The notes under the pieces: model-generated
The model's input: the letters and a program-made list of their open reading frames with translations, nothing else
Told to the model about the DNA's origin: nothing
Databases searched by the model: none
Shown: piece by piece, positions 59,465 through 62,292 of the stretch
Layout: each line of letters begins with the position of its first letter
Position numbering within the stretch: position 1 is the first letter of the stretch
Position numbers and translations under genes: made by a program
Virus record (IMG/VR): IMGVR_UViG_3300031787_000117
Location: 1-62,292 of that record
Origin: a virus
Taxonomy: Duplodnaviria > Caudoviricetes
DNA length: 62,292 bases
Reading direction: 5' to 3' (one strand)

Positions 59465-62292
59465 ATGACCACTGCATATTCAAATCTTCTCGGTCTGGCT
59501 CTTCCCGTCACTGGAGAACTTTCCGGTACTTGGGGCGATACGGTAAACGACTACATCACCAAGTATCTTGATGACGCGATTGCCAACGCACAGGTCATTA
59601 GCGGCAGTCAGACTGCGGTCACGCTGTCTAAAACTACAGGAACGGCTCTTGTCGCGGCTGGGAGTGGTTCTACCGGTTCTGCTCAATACGCCCTGATTCG
59701 TTGCACGGGGAACCCAGCGAGCACCCTGACAATCACGGTTAGTTATTCGTCTCTTACTAACTCGCAGTTCAGTAAGACGTATCTCATCTTTAACAGCACT
59801 TCTACAAATCAATCTGTTGTTGTTCAGGCGACGACCAGCAGCGGTACCTCGACTGGTGTAACGATTACGGCTGGCGAACGGGCGCTAATTGCTTGGAATG
59901 GTACTGACTTCGTAAAGATCGCTACGCAGAGTGGGACGGGGGAGTTTGTTACCGTTGACACTACTAATCTTGAAGTCACTAACATCAAAGCAAAAGACGG
60001 CACTGCTGCCGCTACGATTGCTGACAGCACGGGCGCAATCACCGTTTCTACGCTTCTTAACGTAGACAATCTCCGTCTGGACGGCAACACCCTTAGCAGC
60101 ACGGACTCAAACGGCAACGTTGTTCTTGCCCCGAACGGGACTGGTGACGTTCAGCTTGACGCAGATACGGTGCGCGTAGGTGATTCTGCTGCGGCGGTGA
60201 CCCTGACCTCTAATGGTGCTGGTGCGTTGACGGTGACCACTGGGGGTGCTGCGGATCTCATCCTCAATACGAACTCCGGAACCAACTCCGGCTCGATCAC
60301 CATTGGCAACGGTACGAACGGGAACATCACGGTTGCCACGAATGGAACAGGTGATTTCTATGTTGACGCAGACACCGTTCGTATTGGTGACTCTAACGCT
60401 AACGCCACGATCACGACCAACGGCACGGGCGACCTGATTCTTAATACGAACTCAGGCACCAACTCCGGCAGCATCACGATTGAAGATGGTGTTAACGGCA
60501 ACATCATCATTGCACCTAATGGTACGGGACAGGTTCAGATCACCAATGCTGCTCTTGATCTGACGACGATTGAAGTCACGAACATCAAAGCCAAAGACGG
60601 CACGGCTTCGATGACGCTGGCGGATACGACTGGGATTATTACGCTTAGTGCTACCGCTGGTACAGCGAATGGAGTCTTGTATCTAAATGGAAGCAGGGCG
60701 GTTACTAGTGGTAGTGCGCTGACGTTTGATGGGAGCACGTTTAACGTTACGGGGGCAGCTTCTGTTACTGGAACAAATTCATTGTCATTGCAGCGTCCGG
60801 TTGTTCCGTCATTTCTTGGGCAAGGTGCTCCGGCGATTACTTGGCAATTTTATTCGACCGGAACTACCTACACTGTTGGAGCGTCGATCCAAGGTTTAGC
60901 AGACGCGGCATGGACAAGCACTAGTGCGCCTACCAGTATAAGGATGTACACCGTTCCTTCTGGCAGTACGTCTTTATCGGAAAGGTTAAGAATTGCAGCC
61001 GGCGGACAAGTTAACATCGGCGGTAATTTTGATAGTACCAACAACACGCTTCAAGTTACTGGTAACGCTGCTATTGGCTATACCACCGCAGCGCCTACGA
61101 CTGGGTTGATTGTTGCTGGGAATGTTGGGATTGGGACGGATAGTCCGAACATTTCTGGAGGTGCGGCAGGCTCAAAAATTGTAACCGTCTCAGCATCCGC
61201 TGCTGGCAGAAACGGCATCTTAGAGTTGAATGGCACTCGTTCAACCAGCGGTGATTATGTTGGCTATGTGCGGTTCTTCAACAACGCAGCCGCCACGCCG
61301 GGCGCAGACATTCAGGCAATTCGTGGCGCATCGGATACCGAGGCAGTGCTTGCTTTCGCAACTAGCGGCACCGAACGCGCCCGCATCGAAGCAGCAGGAA
61401 ACCTCATCCTCCGTCAATCCTCTAACGCTGCTAATACGTCTGTTTCATTTAACACGACAGTACAGGATGCGCTGACGCTGGATAGCAGTGGGCGGTTGGG
61501 TGTTGGAACGGGCTCCCCGGCAGCAAGATTTAACGTTGAAAGCGGGGATATCCTGCTTCGCGGCGGTCAACTGACAATCGGCCCGACTGCCGGTGGCAAT
61601 GGTGCTGGTGCGATTCGTTCAACATTGAATGGCGTACTCGGCTCTTTGATCTTCCAAACAGAAGATTCAAATGCCGCTCTAGTTGACCGCATGACCCTCG
61701 ACTCCTCCGGCAACCTCGGGATTGGGACGACGCCAACTGCTAATTATGGCGGACTACAGGTTGTCGGGCCGACCAGTTCGAGTCTATATACGCAACAGGG
61801 AATTGATGTGGTTCGTATGGGCGTGCGGGCTTCTGGTCGCACCGGGATCATACTTGATTCTTCTGACGCCACTTACACCAATCGTATGTGGTTTATTGCC
61901 AATGAAGGCGCGAGTGGAAGTTTGGGCATTGGCCGGGCTGGCTTAGATGTTATTAGATTAAGCAATTCTGGCGATGTCGGGATTGGGACGACGAATCCGG
62001 CGGTAAAGCTAGATGTTGTTGGGGCAAGCCAGAAAATCGCCAAGTTTTTTGCTCAATCGTCTTACGGGCAGCTTGAGATTGGAACTACCGGCGCAAATCA
62101 AAATGTTTATTTGACGTTGTCGCCAAACGGCACCGGGCTTGGCATTATTCAGCACGGCACTGGCGATGTAATGAAATTTGATGCGTCCGGCAACCTCGGT
62201 CTAGGAGTGACGCCGAGCGCGTGGGGCGGCTCATATAAGGCGTTTAATGTAGTTGGTTCTGGTTCTTTATTTTCGAATAATCAATTTAACAC
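59465..62292 (+). CDS. Tail fibre (3' truncated), not in ORF track
   Basis: GAGG RBS, MTTAYSNLLGLALPVTGELSGTWGDTVN; internal duplications and G(N/D)(V/L)GIGT repeats; frame appears open to the window end. Confidence 0.85.
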   Translation, partial: MTTAYSNLLGLALPVTGELSGTWGDTVNDYITKYLDDAIANAQVISGSQTAVTLSKTTGTALVAAGSGSTGSAQYALIRCTGNPASTLTITVSYSSLTNSQFSKTYLIFNSTSTNQSVVVQATTSSGTSTGVTITAGERALIAWNGTDFVKIATQSGTGEFVTVDTTNLEVTNIKAKDGTAAATIADSTGAITVSTLLNVDNLRLDGNTLSSTDSNGNVVLAPNGTGDVQLDADTVRVGDSAAAVTLTSNGAGALTVTTGGAADLILNTNSGTNSGSITIGNGTNGNITVATNGTGDFYVDADTVRIGDSNANATITTNGTGDLILNTNSGTNSGSITIEDGVNGNIIIAPNGTGQVQITNAALDLTTIEVTNIKAKDGTASMTLADTTGIITLSATAGTANGVLYLNGSRAVTSGSALTFDGSTFNVTGAASVTGTNSLSLQRPVVPSFLGQGAPAITWQFYSTGTTYTVGASIQGLADAAWTSTSAPTSIRMYTVPSGSTSLSERLRIAAGGQVNIGGNFDSTNNTLQVTGNAAIGYTTAAPTTGLIVAGNVGIGTDSPNISGGAAGSKIVTVSASAAGRNGILELNGTRSTSGDYVGYVRFFNNAAATPGADIQAIRGASDTEAVLAFATSGTERARIEAAGNLILRQSSNAANTSVSFNTTVQDALTLDSSGRLGVGTGSPAARFNVESGDILLRGGQLTIGPTAGGNGAGAIRSTLNGVLGSLIFQTEDSNAALVDRMTLDSSGNLGIGTTPTANYGGLQVVGPTSSSLYTQQGIDVVRMGVRASGRTGIILDSSDATYTNRMWFIANEGASGSLGIGRAGLDVIRLSNSGDVGIGTTNPAVKLDVVGASQKIAKFFAQSSYGQLEIGTTGANQNVYLTLSPNGTGLGIIQHGTGDVMKFDASGNLGLGVTPSAWGGSYKAFNVVGSGSLFSNNQFN

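Noticed and set aside
9018-60122. Partial palindrome matches (GGCAACGTTG at 9018 and ~60113, GTGGCAACGT at 12599, AACGTTGCCA at 38126, TACAACGTTGTA at 18484)
   Set aside because: 10 bp or less of match to the consensus; could be weak sites but not distinguishable from chance by eye
1-62292. Window as a complete circle (the end joins base 1 in frame within the tail fibre)
   Set aside because: The joined protein would lack the N-terminal part of the S74 chaperone (SDxRxK and GxIAQ motifs). An in-frame join has a 1-in-3 chance, so sequence is probably missing.
59465-62292. Diversity-generating retroelement target
   Set aside because: No reverse transcriptase and no adenine-specific template/variable repeat pair seen

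Overview
Most of a ~62 kb tailed dsDNA phage genome (Caudoviricetes, podovirus-like layout: no tape measure or sheath, large ejection proteins), opened inside the tail-fibre gene. On +, 42.6-62.3 kb continuing into 1-26.6 kb: terS, LexA-like DNA-binding protein, terL, portal, GroES, scaffold, capsid, a cluster of small basic GG-motif proteins, adaptors, tail fibre, lysis genes (holins, GH108 endolysin), tail and ejection proteins, and a 3940-aa polyvalent protein (ART-like, N6-adenine MTase, strawberry-notch helicase, zincin, LPD38). On -, 26.5-33.8 kb holds recombination and accessory genes (Cas4-like exonuclease, ERF, SSB) and 37.9-42.5 kb holds GC-rich early-type genes. On +, 33.9-37.9 kb holds VRR-NUC, a ParB-like protein, an SF2 helicase and a Toprim primase. 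I recognise no DNA polymerase, integrase, ParA or CRISPR array. Top observation: the palindrome (G)TGGCAACGTTGCCA(C) occurs 7 times. Two copies lie inside the ParB-like gene, one overlaps the promoter upstream of it and one sits at the end of terS, suggesting a ParA-less ParB/parS-like system. Also seen: a candidate anti-Shine-Dalgarno sRNA matching early-gene leaders, structured RNAs, a tRNA relic in frame within a CDS, and shared peptide tags in small head-region proteins. All family assignments are from motif recognition by eye, not database searches.
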